Assembly: GCA_024679065.1 (NCBI GenBank)
Contig: JAGIQG010000007.1
Coordinates: 49,166,001-49,230,000 of the forward strand
Origin: Sphyrna mokarran
Lineage: Eukaryota
Direction of reading: 5' to 3'
DNA: 64,000 bases
The notes under the pieces are model-generated. The model did no database searches, was not told the DNA's origin, and worked only from the letters and a program-made list of their open reading frames with translations. Positions 25,800 through 36,260 of the stretch are shown piece after piece (the first letter of the stretch is position 1; the number at the start of each line of letters is the position of its first letter). The position numbers and the translations under genes were made by a program.

Positions 25800-27870
25800 C
25801 ACCCCACGGTGATTCAGAGGTATTATGTGATATCAAAGCCAAAGTCTTCATACAAGTTTGATGTTTTAATCCAATTTGTAGGATATTATCCCTTAATAAA
25901 TCAGAAGATTTGAAACTATTAACAACCTGACTTGCAATGCAGAAATTCCTTCAAAATTAATCCCCCACTTTAGCTGCTGCAGAAGCATTGCACTGATTGG
26001 AATGGACATATCAGTTCTATCTCGGTTAAATTAAATCTTAAATATGTCAGAATTGTTCTCATAGATTAATGAATGCAAGTTCTTTCAGGGATTTAATATT
26101 TCAGTATGAAACTCCAAAATATTGGTGCCTTATAAAAAGCATTTGATATGGTTCAATGTTAAGACTGTATGTACCAGCTTTCCACAAAGTAGCTGCAACT
26201 GTTTCCGATCTGTCATTGGGAAAGAAGATATTCCTTGCATTCCTCCTTAGGAGTTCTGTATCAAATTCATTGACCCCAAACACTAAGATTATACGGCCTT
26301 GATATCGGGCAATTATTTGGTCCCGAAATCAATGCTATTTGATGCAATAATATTGATGAAAGAACACAAATAAGGGAGGATAGAATAAATCTGTCCAAGT
26401 TATAATTTTAAAATCTGAATCCATGCAGTGTACAGAGGATAGAAACAGACTGAAGGTAACTGCACCATTTCAGTGAATAATTATGTAATAATCCACATGA
26501 CCCACTTCTTGATTATATTAGAAATCTGCAAAGAAATCACTAAAGACATAACTTGAGGAATCAAACAATGGCCCAGTCATGGACCCATGATTATATGTGG
26601 ATCATTCTCTGATATGAGAACAAATATGCGAACCAGGACATACTTGAGGTTATGGATGTGTAAAGAGGACTGACATTGTAACAAGTAGAATAATCATTTT
26701 ATCTCACGACTTCTCTGTTTTATCTGCACCATATATTTGCAGCTTCCATCTCAACTGAAGAGCTTTATAATTTTCTTGCATCACACTTCAGAAATTTCAA
26801 TTTAAGTGCTCAGGTTAAAACCAGTATATCCCTGGAGTACAATATCTCTTTCCAATTTGTTAATACTCCATGCATTTAGAAATTACAGAATTAAATTCCC
26901 CTAATTCCCAGGGGTTAATTTGGTCTCGTTGCCACCCTGTTTCCAGCTAAGAACGGGAAAGCAACAGTACCAAAATAATGTGAGCTGCAGAACTGCTGAT
27001 GCAGTTTTGATTATCTGCCTTTGTGATGCTGGAACTTGATTTAGCCCATCAGGCTTCAGACAAGAACAGGCAGCGACATTCATATACATTTGAAAGGAAC
27101 AGGAGTTACTCAGCTCAATATAAATTACTTTTTTATGGAACCTATTTCAAATTGGTCATTGTTAAGTTTATAATGAAGTCCTTCCGGGCGTCCAAGCTCT
27201 TTCAGTTTAACTATGGTGTGAATTGCTGACTGAATTGCAAATGAATGGTCTGTAACCTGTAGGGATTTCCTGACCATGTCTTCATCAGCCACACATGCTT
27301 CAAACTTAAATGAAGTATGTCTGTATCCAATGTAGTGAGCCCTTCATTACCACTCCCACAGAGCCAGTAAAAATTCCAGTTTGCCAATATAATCATGTCA
27401 TACGATCTTACATTTTTGAAGAAGTTACTACTTCATTTTTGGGTCATTAATTTGTCATTAAAGTACTTTTCTTACAGATGGACTGAAAAGGTACTGGGTT
27501 GTAAAATGATTAAATGACTTTCTTTATATTCTTGAATGATGTACTTGAATCCAGCCTAAATGAATAGGAAAGAAAATGTGGATTCATTGATCTCGATGCT
27601 CCTTGATTAGCGTTGTGTTCAAAAGGTGATATGATTGGAAAAGGGATTACACTCAAGTCTCAATTTTCAGAACTACAGCCCTTTAACTATTGATCTTCAC
27701 AGGAGCCATGGAGATGTGTGAGATTACAAATAGGAATCTTCAGACTTGTGTACCTGAAAATTTCTACACAGTTTCTTGAGAGCACAAGTTCACAGTATAA
27801 AATTACACATAACTTTATCAAGTTTCGTGAGTATTTCTGTCTGTACTTGCCATGCTAGTTCACAAATAAG
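25800..27870 (-). pseudogene. Decayed mononegaviral-like L protein RdRp core (conserved regions II-V), endogenous viral element
   Basis: Motifs in the correct order on the minus strand across frameshifts: LDKVMC (27805-27822); KE-IEIN (27586-27604, pre-motif A); DY-x-GK/WNFYW...LD (27364-27394, motif A); GRPEGLHYKL (27164-27193, motif B); ADNQ (27007-27018, motif C-like); GKRYCTPG (26830-26853, same frame as ADNQ); LIPQV...GHVD (26491-26564); RPYNL (26285-26298); ETVAATLW; CPFQS/AMLLQQLKWGINFEGIS (25941-26008; cf. C-x4-A-x2-LR-x3-WG-x4-G-x-T). Confidence 0.65.
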
Positions 27871-27969
27871 TTTGAAGAAATTGCCAATTTAATTTGTACT
27901 TTCATTAGCTGATAATCATGTTTTCTGATCGGTTTTACTCAAATGCATATTATATTATTTTACATTTTA

Positions 27970-29500
27970 CAACTGGCCAATGTCACAAGGGTAAATCTAT
28001 CCCCACATGCCGACCAGATAGGTAGTTACTCATCTAGAGTTGCCAAACACTTAGCCAATTTTAACTTGCTGCCCTGGGGAATAAGTATTTGCTTAAAAGT
28101 GGAGAATTCTTTTACGTGAACATATTATATTTTGTTAGGTCAACCTGAAAGAGAAGGTTCAGGTTCCCTATCATACTGTCATTGTCTTAACCAGACTCTG
28201 CATCCCTTTAAGACCAGGATAGTTTTTAAATGTTGGATATCTATATACATACCACACAAATTGCTCCAACAAACATTAATTGGCTGGACCCTAGACTTAC
28301 AGCCCTCACTTCGGAAGAACTCATGTTTCAAAGAGTTACCAACCAATCTAATTGATGAGCAATACCTGAAGCTGCAAAGTCTAGCTGACAAGCAGGCATT
28401 GGAGTCCAGGACCAGCCAGGTTTTGGAGGTCTCATGGCAGGGGGGAGAAGCGGGCTGAAGGAGTGGAGCAGAGAAGGAGTGGATGTGTTAGTAAAGGCCA
28501 GGAGATGCGATGGAAGACCTACATGGGTCAGATCTTGTATGGGGTCCACAATGTTAAAATAAGGCTGCTAATGGAGGCAGCCTCCCCTCCCCATCCCCCC
28601 CCCCCCCCCCCCCCCACCCCCCACCCCCCTCACCCCACCCCCACTTCCCTTCCAACATGAAGCCTGGACTTTTTCCAGCTTGCCTCCTGCCCATGATCTC
28701 CTCCCATCAGCCTAAAAATTGAGGTTGGGCAAGAAACAGACATTGATTGGCTACTAGAGGACTTCAATTTTGGCATGAACTGGCAAGCTGATCTAGGCCT
28801 TGCCTGTCCCAGTATAAAGCTATGGAGGGTTCAGGGCAGATAGGAGCCAAGTTGAAAGGCAATCTGGAAACCTTATAGCCAAGGCTAATTGCAAATTTTA
28901 ACTGCAAAAGGACAAATGGACAGAGCCTGCATTGCGTCAGATCCACCATTTTCTACCTATTGTTTAGCAGTCTCTCCAGAATGCATTTAAATAACCACTT
29001 TTAAAAAAAAACTCTTAAGAGTTAGACTATTACAGGAGTTGAAGCTCCTCCTGGCTTTACAAAAGTCCTGTGAACCATCGTCAGCCTGGATTCACCACCA
29101 CCTTCTGAGACCTGACCATTAAGTACCTTCTGAACAGCACAGTATATAATATCCTACACCTCACCCTCACCCACCAGTTATCTTACTTCCCTGGGGTCTC
29201 CAATAAATTAGGCGAAGCTTGTCTTTAGTAAACCAAAATTGACCTTTAATTAATACCTTCAATCCCATTAAACACAAATATTTCATTCTTTACAATACAT
29301 TACATCATTTTTCAGTTATAAATGTCAAACCCAATGGATTTACAATTCTGAAGATCATGAACCTGACTCTTTTTACAAGTGGAACCACATGACTTATTTC
29401 CTAATGTTCAGCTCCCATTGCTGCTTTCAGTCCATTGCAAAATATTTCAGCTAGCATTATGGTAATATAACTTCTGTGGTTGAAAATTTAAATTGGAATC
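27970..29500 (+). pseudogene. Decayed L protein methyltransferase domain (conserved region VI), split by a MITE-like/C-rich insertion
   Basis: IGSYSSRVAK (28018-28047; cf. IG-x-x-SS-x-x-K), EGSGS (28153-28167; SAM-binding motif), IDL* near 29238, KPNGFTILKIM (29327-29359; G-x-x-ILK, second K of K-D-K-E). Confidence 0.6.
28583..28650. repeat. Poly-C / C-rich low-complexity tract
   Basis: Run of about 20 C plus CCCCA repeats. Confidence 0.9.
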
Positions 29501-29986
29501 TTTGGATTATAAATGCTCTTATTGTTTAACTTAGCTATTCTTCATATTTCACTGTTCAATAAAAAAAGTTTGTGTTTCAGCTGATCGCCAGGATACAGGG
29601 CCCTTTTAGAGTGTAATATACTATTTCTAACTCTTTGTGAAAACAATGCACTCAGTTGAACAATCCAGAGTTGAATAGAGAGATTTGGGCTACTGTCTGC
29701 GAGGACAAAGAGCTGAATTTTATAGAGTGCAGAGGAGTCAGTAGCAGAAGCAGAAAGCCTGGGAAACGCATAGTCTTGCCCTATCTCTTGCTCCTGCCAT
29801 CAGCCAGCCAATTAGCAGCCAACCAGTGGGAGTGCCAGCAAGTTGATGGTCTAGGCTGGGATGTCCTTGAGCATTCCATGCTCGTTGGGCCCTGCAGGGA
29901 CTGAGACATATTATTGACTTCTTTAATCACATTTGGTTTGATATTTGAAGGTTTCTTCACACTTTGTTCTCTCTTTTGGGCAGGGC

Positions 29987-30214
29987 CTCCCCCCCTCCCT
30001 GCCCCTGCCACGCCCCCACCCCGCCTGCTCCCGCCCCACCCTGCCCGCTCCCGCCCCACTCACCCGCACCCTGCTCCCCCTCACCCTCCCCTCCTTCCTC
30101 CCCCTTCCCCCCCTCCCTCCCTCTCTCCTCCCCCCTTCCCCCCTCTCCTCCCCCCCTTCCCCCCTCTCCTCCCCCCCTTCCCCCTCTCCTCCCCACCCAC
30201 CCCCCCCCACCCCC
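29987..30214. repeat. C/T-rich low-complexity tract (G-rich, potentially G4-forming, on the minus strand)
   Basis: Near-tandem CTCTCCTCCCCCCCTTCCCCC units at about 30120-30190; produces spurious Pro- and Gly-rich ORFs. Confidence 0.9.
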
Positions 30215-30439
30215 ATGAAATGTTGACAGTAGCGATTTAGCAATGGTAATGTTGAATGTCAAGAGTTGATGGTTGGATTTCTTTTTTTAGAGACAGTCCT
30301 TAATTGGCCATTTCTGTGTCATGTATGTAACTTGCCACTTATGGGCCCAAATTTCAATATCATCCATAAGAAAGGAAAGATATCTGAAACTATGTAAATT
30401 CTGAGCTTGAATTTCTGATCTATTGGAGAAAGTTGGACT

Positions 30440-30625
30440 GGAGAATTTAGCTTGGCCAATGCACCTAACCAGCATGTCTTTCAGATTGTGGGAGGAAACT
30501 GGAGCACCTGAAGGAAAGCCACACAGACACAAGGAGAATGCACAGACAGTGACTCAAGCTGGGAATTGAATCCATTTCTGTGGCGTGAGGCAGCAGTGCT
30601 AACCATTTTACCACCATGTCACCAA
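30440..30625 (-). mobile_element. HE1-type SINE (5' part)
   Basis: GTGGGAGGAAACTGGAGCACC...GAGGCAGCAGTGCTAACCA. Confidence 0.85.
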
Positions 30626-31484
30626 CTGCTGTGCTTGTATGCTAACTTTATGATTCATGTGCAAGGGCCAAGGTCCCCTTGTACTGGGGAATTCTTCAAT
30701 CTCTCTCCATTTAAACAATATTCTACTTTTCTATTCTTCCCAACAAAGTGGACAAACTTTCATTTTCCCAGAGATGCTCTCTACAGGTGCTGTTGGACCT
30801 ACTGAGTATTTCCATCATTTTCTGCTTTTATTACCCATGAGAGAGGTGTCTTATATCATTCTAATTAGAAACAGTAATTTTCAAAGCAGAGACGTAATAT
30901 AATGAAAATAAATGCAGTGAATTATAAAATCTATGCTATCTGTGGTATCCTTCATTAAATCATTCTTAGTGCCAGATCGATGTTTCTTGTTATGGATTTC
31001 ATGTAGCTTGTCAATTATTTTTCCACATTGCTAGATAACATATCTTATGAAAGCTCCTTTACAACATGTGCACATTTATTAGCTATTAACTTAATAACAA
31101 TTCGCTGACTGTCTTGTCTGCGTGTGAATTCAATTTATGTTATTTGTAAAGACTGCCAATGAGTGAAACTCTCAAGTTAAGTACTTCAATCTGATGGCAT
31201 TACTGTGGCAAAGTGATTGGTTGAAGCTATGCTTTTGAACAGACAGGAGCTAATGAATCTGCAACTTTCGTCAAATTGTGGCACGTTGCTTACTGTGAGC
31301 ACTATTGTTCCATCAAGATGATTTTAGAGATTTTTATCCATGGCATTCTGAGTTTGCAAGTTATTTCCTCCCTCTTCAAGCAAACACAAAAAGTGATGTA
31401 GAAATAGTATTTCACACCAGTATGATGAAACATCAAAATTAATGTTTTGGCAAATGAGCCACTACCAAATGATGCAGCTGAGGT

Positions 31485-31805
31485 GAGGCAATGGCCTAGT
31501 GATATTATAGCTAGACTATTAATCCAGAGACTCAGCTCATGTTCTGGGGACCCAGGTTCAAATCCTGCAGATTGTGGAATCTGAATTAAAAATCAGACGA
31601 CCATGAAATCATTGTTAGAAAAATCCATCTAGTTCACTCATATCCCTTAGGGAAAGAAATCTATAGACCTTAACTGTTCTGGCCTACATGTAATTCCAGA
31701 ACCATAGCAATGTGGTTGACTCTCAACTGCTCTCGGGCAACTAGGGATGGGCAATAAATGCTGGCCAGCCAGTAACACCTATGTCTTACGAATGAATAAA
31801 AAAAT
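31485..31805 (+). mobile_element. tRNA-type SINE family 2
   Basis: GAGGCAATGGCCTAGTG...GGTTCAAATCC...GGATGGGCAATAAATGCTGGCCAGCC...GAATGAATAAAAAAA. Confidence 0.85.
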
Positions 31806-31997
31806 TCACCATCTATCAGCTGAGACTGGCATAGCCATAACAGTGTTGTAATTCTGTTGCTAATTGAAAGAAAGCTGTGAGAAATTGTCCTTGACTGGTA
31901 TGGAGATCAAAATAATACAAGCTGTATGTATGCACTAATTTTTTATACTTTTACATAAAGATAAAAATGATGTTATCCAATTAAAAAACAGGAATAT

Positions 31998-32975
31998 AGA
32001 GCTCAATTTTACCATCAAATTTCACCCGTTTTCAGCATGAAAGCCTGAGATAATTGGGCATGAGGTGATGCCCGATTCGTGACCGCTTCCCTGACTGTTG
32101 CTCCTTTACCAATGGCTGAAAATGGCAGCCACCAGAACCACACTTGAAACAATTTAAATGCATTTCAGTGCATTTAAATTGAATTAATGAGCTGGGCGCC
32201 TAACCTTATCAGCACTTTCCCCTTTACCACCGCATTCTCCTGTCCAGATTCAGCATGGAACAAACATGATTCACTAAGGCCCGATTAAGGCACTCTGCCT
32301 TCTGAGGAGGTAAGTTCCTAGCTTCCGGCAGCTCTGACTCAGATCGGTGGTAGTGGGGAGGAGGGAGGTAGATCAGATGGCTCTTTGCTGGGGAGGAGGG
32401 AGGCAGGTCAAACAGCTCTCTGCTGGTAGGAAGGGAGAGGAATCAGATTGCTTTTTGATGGAGGAAAGGGAGCTAAGTCAGATTGCTTCTTGATGAGGGG
32501 GATGGGAGGCAGGTCACATCACTCTCCAGTGGGGGGCCAGAGGGGATCCATTGCCACTGTGTGGGTGATCAGTGGGGGTGAAGGGGGTGTCTACTGCCAC
32601 TTTGTGTATGATCAGAGAAGATAAGGGAGGATGTGATTAATCTGGATTGTGGGGAGATAAGGGGCACAGTAATATTGTGGGAATAGGACAATATCCTTGA
32701 TGGCCAGGAGCAGGCATTATCCAGCTCAGGAGTGATGTGGCAGGGGAGTGATTTTCTAGTTTTGTTTTACTGCGCATGCGCAGTTGGAGGTGCCAATCAG
32801 AGCTGTAGGGTTCTGGGCATTCTAAATCCTGCCCACAAGTTTTGCATCGTGATTTGGAATCACTGATTTTTTTTCAGGCATGCAGGTGTCTGAGAATGGG
32901 GTTAGAAGTCGGATTTGAAATACTCCCAGGTTCAAGTCCACCCAGCACTTAGAATTAAATGGTAAAATAAGATCT
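31998..32975. mobile_element. Non-autonomous DNA transposon (MITE, possibly Harbinger-derived) with terminal inverted repeats of about 17 bp
   Basis: AGAGCTCAATTTTACCAT (31998-32015) vs ATGGTAAAATAAGATCT (32959-32975); internal purine-rich ~38-bp quasi-repeats (AGATCAGATGGCTCT/AGGTCAAACAGCTCT). Confidence 0.6.
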
Positions 32976-33060
32976 ATAGTGATAGAAAAACAAAGGTAGT
33001 TTTAAGGGATTTATATTTATATTGGTAAACATTAGAAATAAGGTAATTAAGAGTGTTTAA

Positions 33061-34169
33061 TGTAATGTTTCTATGTCTGGAAAGATAAAACCTATAGTTA
33101 GATTCATGCTGGACAAAGGTGTTGGCATGTGTGGGAGTTAGTTAAGTTCCAACTGTGATTCTATTGTTCTCAAAAGGGCTATAGTGTGAAGAATAAATAG
33201 ATCAGCAGAATTGTGCAGACATTGCTTAGCAACTGAAGGACCTTTTAAGGGAGAAATCTTTTTTTAAGTTTTAGTTTTAGCTGGATATATTGCATTTGGA
33301 GACAGGACATCAAGGAATGAACATTTCTTAACTCTGCCAGAAGAAAGCTTGGAAAGGATGGGAGCTGCAACAGCAGCAGGTTTCCTTAAGTACCAGTTAC
33401 CATCTAGATAACCAGGAAATTAGGACAATAGCATTGTTTAAAATAATTCAAAGGAAAAGTAAATAAAGGATTCTGACTTAGAGATAATTGCAGTTCTCAG
33501 ACTTAAAATGAAACAACAGACTTCAGAGGTAACTCAAATGTCAGATGCCATTTTAATCAGAGTCTAGGAATTAAAAGTTAAAGCAATTGTGAGCAGTTTG
33601 TACAGCAGTCAAGACCAAGGAATCCTAAAGGGCATGATGCAAAATCCTGGCTTAGGTTTATTGTTAACAGTAGAACAGAACCTCTGTTTAAGAGTGTAAT
33701 TTGTAAAATTACATAATGCAAAGCACTAAGGGGAAGCAGTGTTACAAAAGAAGATTTTAAAGCATGTTTTTGGGAGTGGAGTTTGGAAACTCTCACGTGA
33801 TAGTCATTTGGGAGCATTCTGAGGAGAAAGCCACAGACACAAGCTTGGGTTTCGAGCAAAGTGCGTGCATTTGACCTCAGTCATCTTGTGTACATAAAAG
33901 GGACTGTGTGTTAATGAGACTATTGTACCTTACGATGCACTTTGTAGGTCAACAAGTAGACACAGATTTTAAGATCAACATGGATTACAAAGGGGATAAA
34001 GGAATATTATAGAAAAACTGTATTATTATATTTTTAATTTTTTTTCTTGTTATAATTAATTAGTAATCCAATGACTCTTTCCTCCATGTTTTATAAAGAG
34101 GAGTAAAAGTTGCAGTCTTTTGGTCCAGAGTTCCAGTCTGGAATTTTCCTGTCCAACTGGACCGTAACA
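33061..34169 (+). mobile_element. Solo-LTR-like element
   Basis: Starts TGTAATG and ends CGTAACA; homologous to 23100-24060; no clear TSD. Confidence 0.4.
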
Positions 34170-35249
34170 TGGTCTTATCAATTTTTTCTTTTGTTTATAT
34201 ATTTTAATGGATTATTTTGTGTAAGTAACTGTAAGTACTCGGTTCCAATATTGGGATTTGTCATCAAACTGTGATTTCAATATGAGAGTATGACTGTAAA
34301 TTAATTTGGGTGTAATGTTTAAATATACTGGGTATTGGTCTTCCTTGGAAGATTTGATGGAATCTTGTAAGGGATGGAACCACAGTCCTCCCTAAACAAG
34401 TTGGCACTATGGGAGGGATGGTGGCAGGTCAGAATCGACAGACTTGGAATAGATTAATAGGCAACATTCTGTAACATTGATCTTGGGTTATATATTATCT
34501 TGTCAGGTTTCCTAAAGCTTTGTCTTATTTTGCATCTTCATTAGTTCCTGGAAGTTGACTCTGGTCATGACCTGCTGACAACATAATACATTATTATCCT
34601 CTGAGAAGAGTATCTTGAAATAACAGAGGAAAACTCTTTCAATACCCAACTGATGCATCAGCCTTGAAACGGATGGCATGCTATATTATTTATCGTTAGT
34701 GTGTAGAATTGATTTTGCATTCCCTTATTAAATTTCCTTTCATTATCTTTTTTTCCCCCCTTCCGTCACTGAGTGCCAAGGGAGGAGCTGAACGGCAAAA
34801 CTCCCCACAGGATTTTTGGAATTTTAATAATGACACAAAAAAAAACAAATTACTTGATGTTAAAGAAAAAAAACACAATCTTCAGTTGGAGGACCCAGAT
34901 GCAAGGCAGCATGAGGTGATTTGGTGAGTAGCTGTTGAACATTTTTTTGTGCCCAGATAAGACATACACCTTTTTTTGTATCTCTGAGAAGTTTGTCTAG
35001 TTGTTCACCAAATAGAAACATGGCAGGACACCTCAATCCCATCAAACATACACTCTCTGTGCCATTTTCAAAAGCTTCTTGTGATCTAGACAACCATATA
35101 TATTATCCACTGGAGATGTTTGAGCTCCAGTTTAAAGGTCTAAAGCAGCAACTGGTGTCACTGTAGTGTAGCCGCGGGGTTTAAAATGATGTTTCTGGAG
35201 ATGGTCAAGCCCACAATGTAAGAATATGCAGCGATGGAATGGATGACTG

Positions 35250-35815
35250 TTAGGTAACCAAAATGGATGACTGCATCTTGTCCTCTAACCAGTGTCCATG
35301 GATATCCTATGAATACAATATCTTGCCAAAGCCAAGGCTACAGTGCAGTGAGTGGCATAACAATACATGGAGGGAGGAGGATTCAAGAAAGCACTAGTCA
35401 TGGGATTCAAGAGTTGAAGGAAGAGACAGATGTTTCTGTGGCAGCTGATGTGACTCCAGAATGGCAACTTCCTCCCTGGTACCAGATCCGAAGTTGTCAC
35501 TGAGCAGTTGTAGAATATTCAGTTTGGGGAGGGTGAACATCGAGAGCCTGTGCTCCTCATCAGTACTAATACCATAGATGACATCCAGGAATTTTAGGAA
35601 GCTATGTAAAACATTAAAAAGCAGCACTTCAAATTCAGTAATCTCTGGATTACTCTTGGTGTCACAAACTTGTGGATGTAGAAATTGAAATATATTAAAG
35701 ATAAATCCATGGCTACAGAGATAGTGCAGGAGGTCCCCGCTCCTGGGGTATTGGAACTGAGGTTTGTACAAATCAGACGAGTTGCACTTAAAACAGGACT
35801 GGGACGAATGTTATG
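35250..35815 (+). mobile_element. CR1 ORF1 (SGNH esterase-like) remnant
   Basis: GEGEHREPVLLISTN..., EF-x-KL...LKSSTSNSVISGLL...NPWL...LYKSDELHL match CR1 ORF1 esterase motifs (HIGTND, DGLHL). Confidence 0.7.
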
Positions 35816-35821
35816 ATGGCA

Positions 35822-35980
35822 AGAAATAAAAATGGAAAATGTTGGGAAAACCAGCAGTTCTGGCAGCATTGATGGAGAGCAAAACATTTTGAGTCCAAGA
35901 TAACTCTCCAGAGCCAGAGCCATATTGGACTCAAAACATTATCTTTGATTCTTTCTCCACTTGCTTTCTCAGTCATTTTA
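35822..35980. mobile_element. Decayed fold-back mini-element (PLE pLTR family 2)
   Basis: GAAAATGTTGG...TCTGGCAGCAT..TGGAGAG...TTTTGAGTCCAA..TAACTCT / AGAGCCATATTGGACTCAAAA...TTCTCCA; same family as 1500-1702. Confidence 0.5.
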
Positions 35981-35999
35981 GAGAACAGCTAAGTTCTAT

Positions 36000-36260
36000 T
36001 GCTGTGGACCTGGAGTTGTATGTAGGCCAGATCAGGCAAGAATAATAGATTTCCTTCTCTAAAGAATTTTCATGAACCAGTTAGGTTTTTACAATAATCA
36101 AATATATCTTCATGGTCACCAATACTGAGATTCATCTTCCACTCTTACTAATTGACTTTAAATTCCACCTGAATCCACAGTACAATTCAAATCTATGCCT
36201 TCAGAGCATTATTCTGGATCTCTGGATTACTAGCCCAGTGACATTAACATTATACCACCA
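36000..36260 (-). mobile_element. SINE family 2
   Basis: GCTGTGGACCTGGAGTTGTATGTAGGCCAGA...TCTGGATTACTAGCCCAGTGACATT. Confidence 0.7.

Noticed and set aside
26101-26400. Resemblance of IRHQYF and QIYSILP to vertnin (VRTN)
   Set aside because: The words are in different frames, the upstream vertnin motifs are absent, and the colinear L-protein reading explains the region better.
29781-30262. Several Pro-rich and Gly-rich ORFs on both strands
   Set aside because: Artefacts of a C/T low-complexity tract that lacks stop codons.
30950-31480. Unique island as a possible L C-terminal continuation
   Set aside because: No recognisable motif in the frames I checked; left unassigned.
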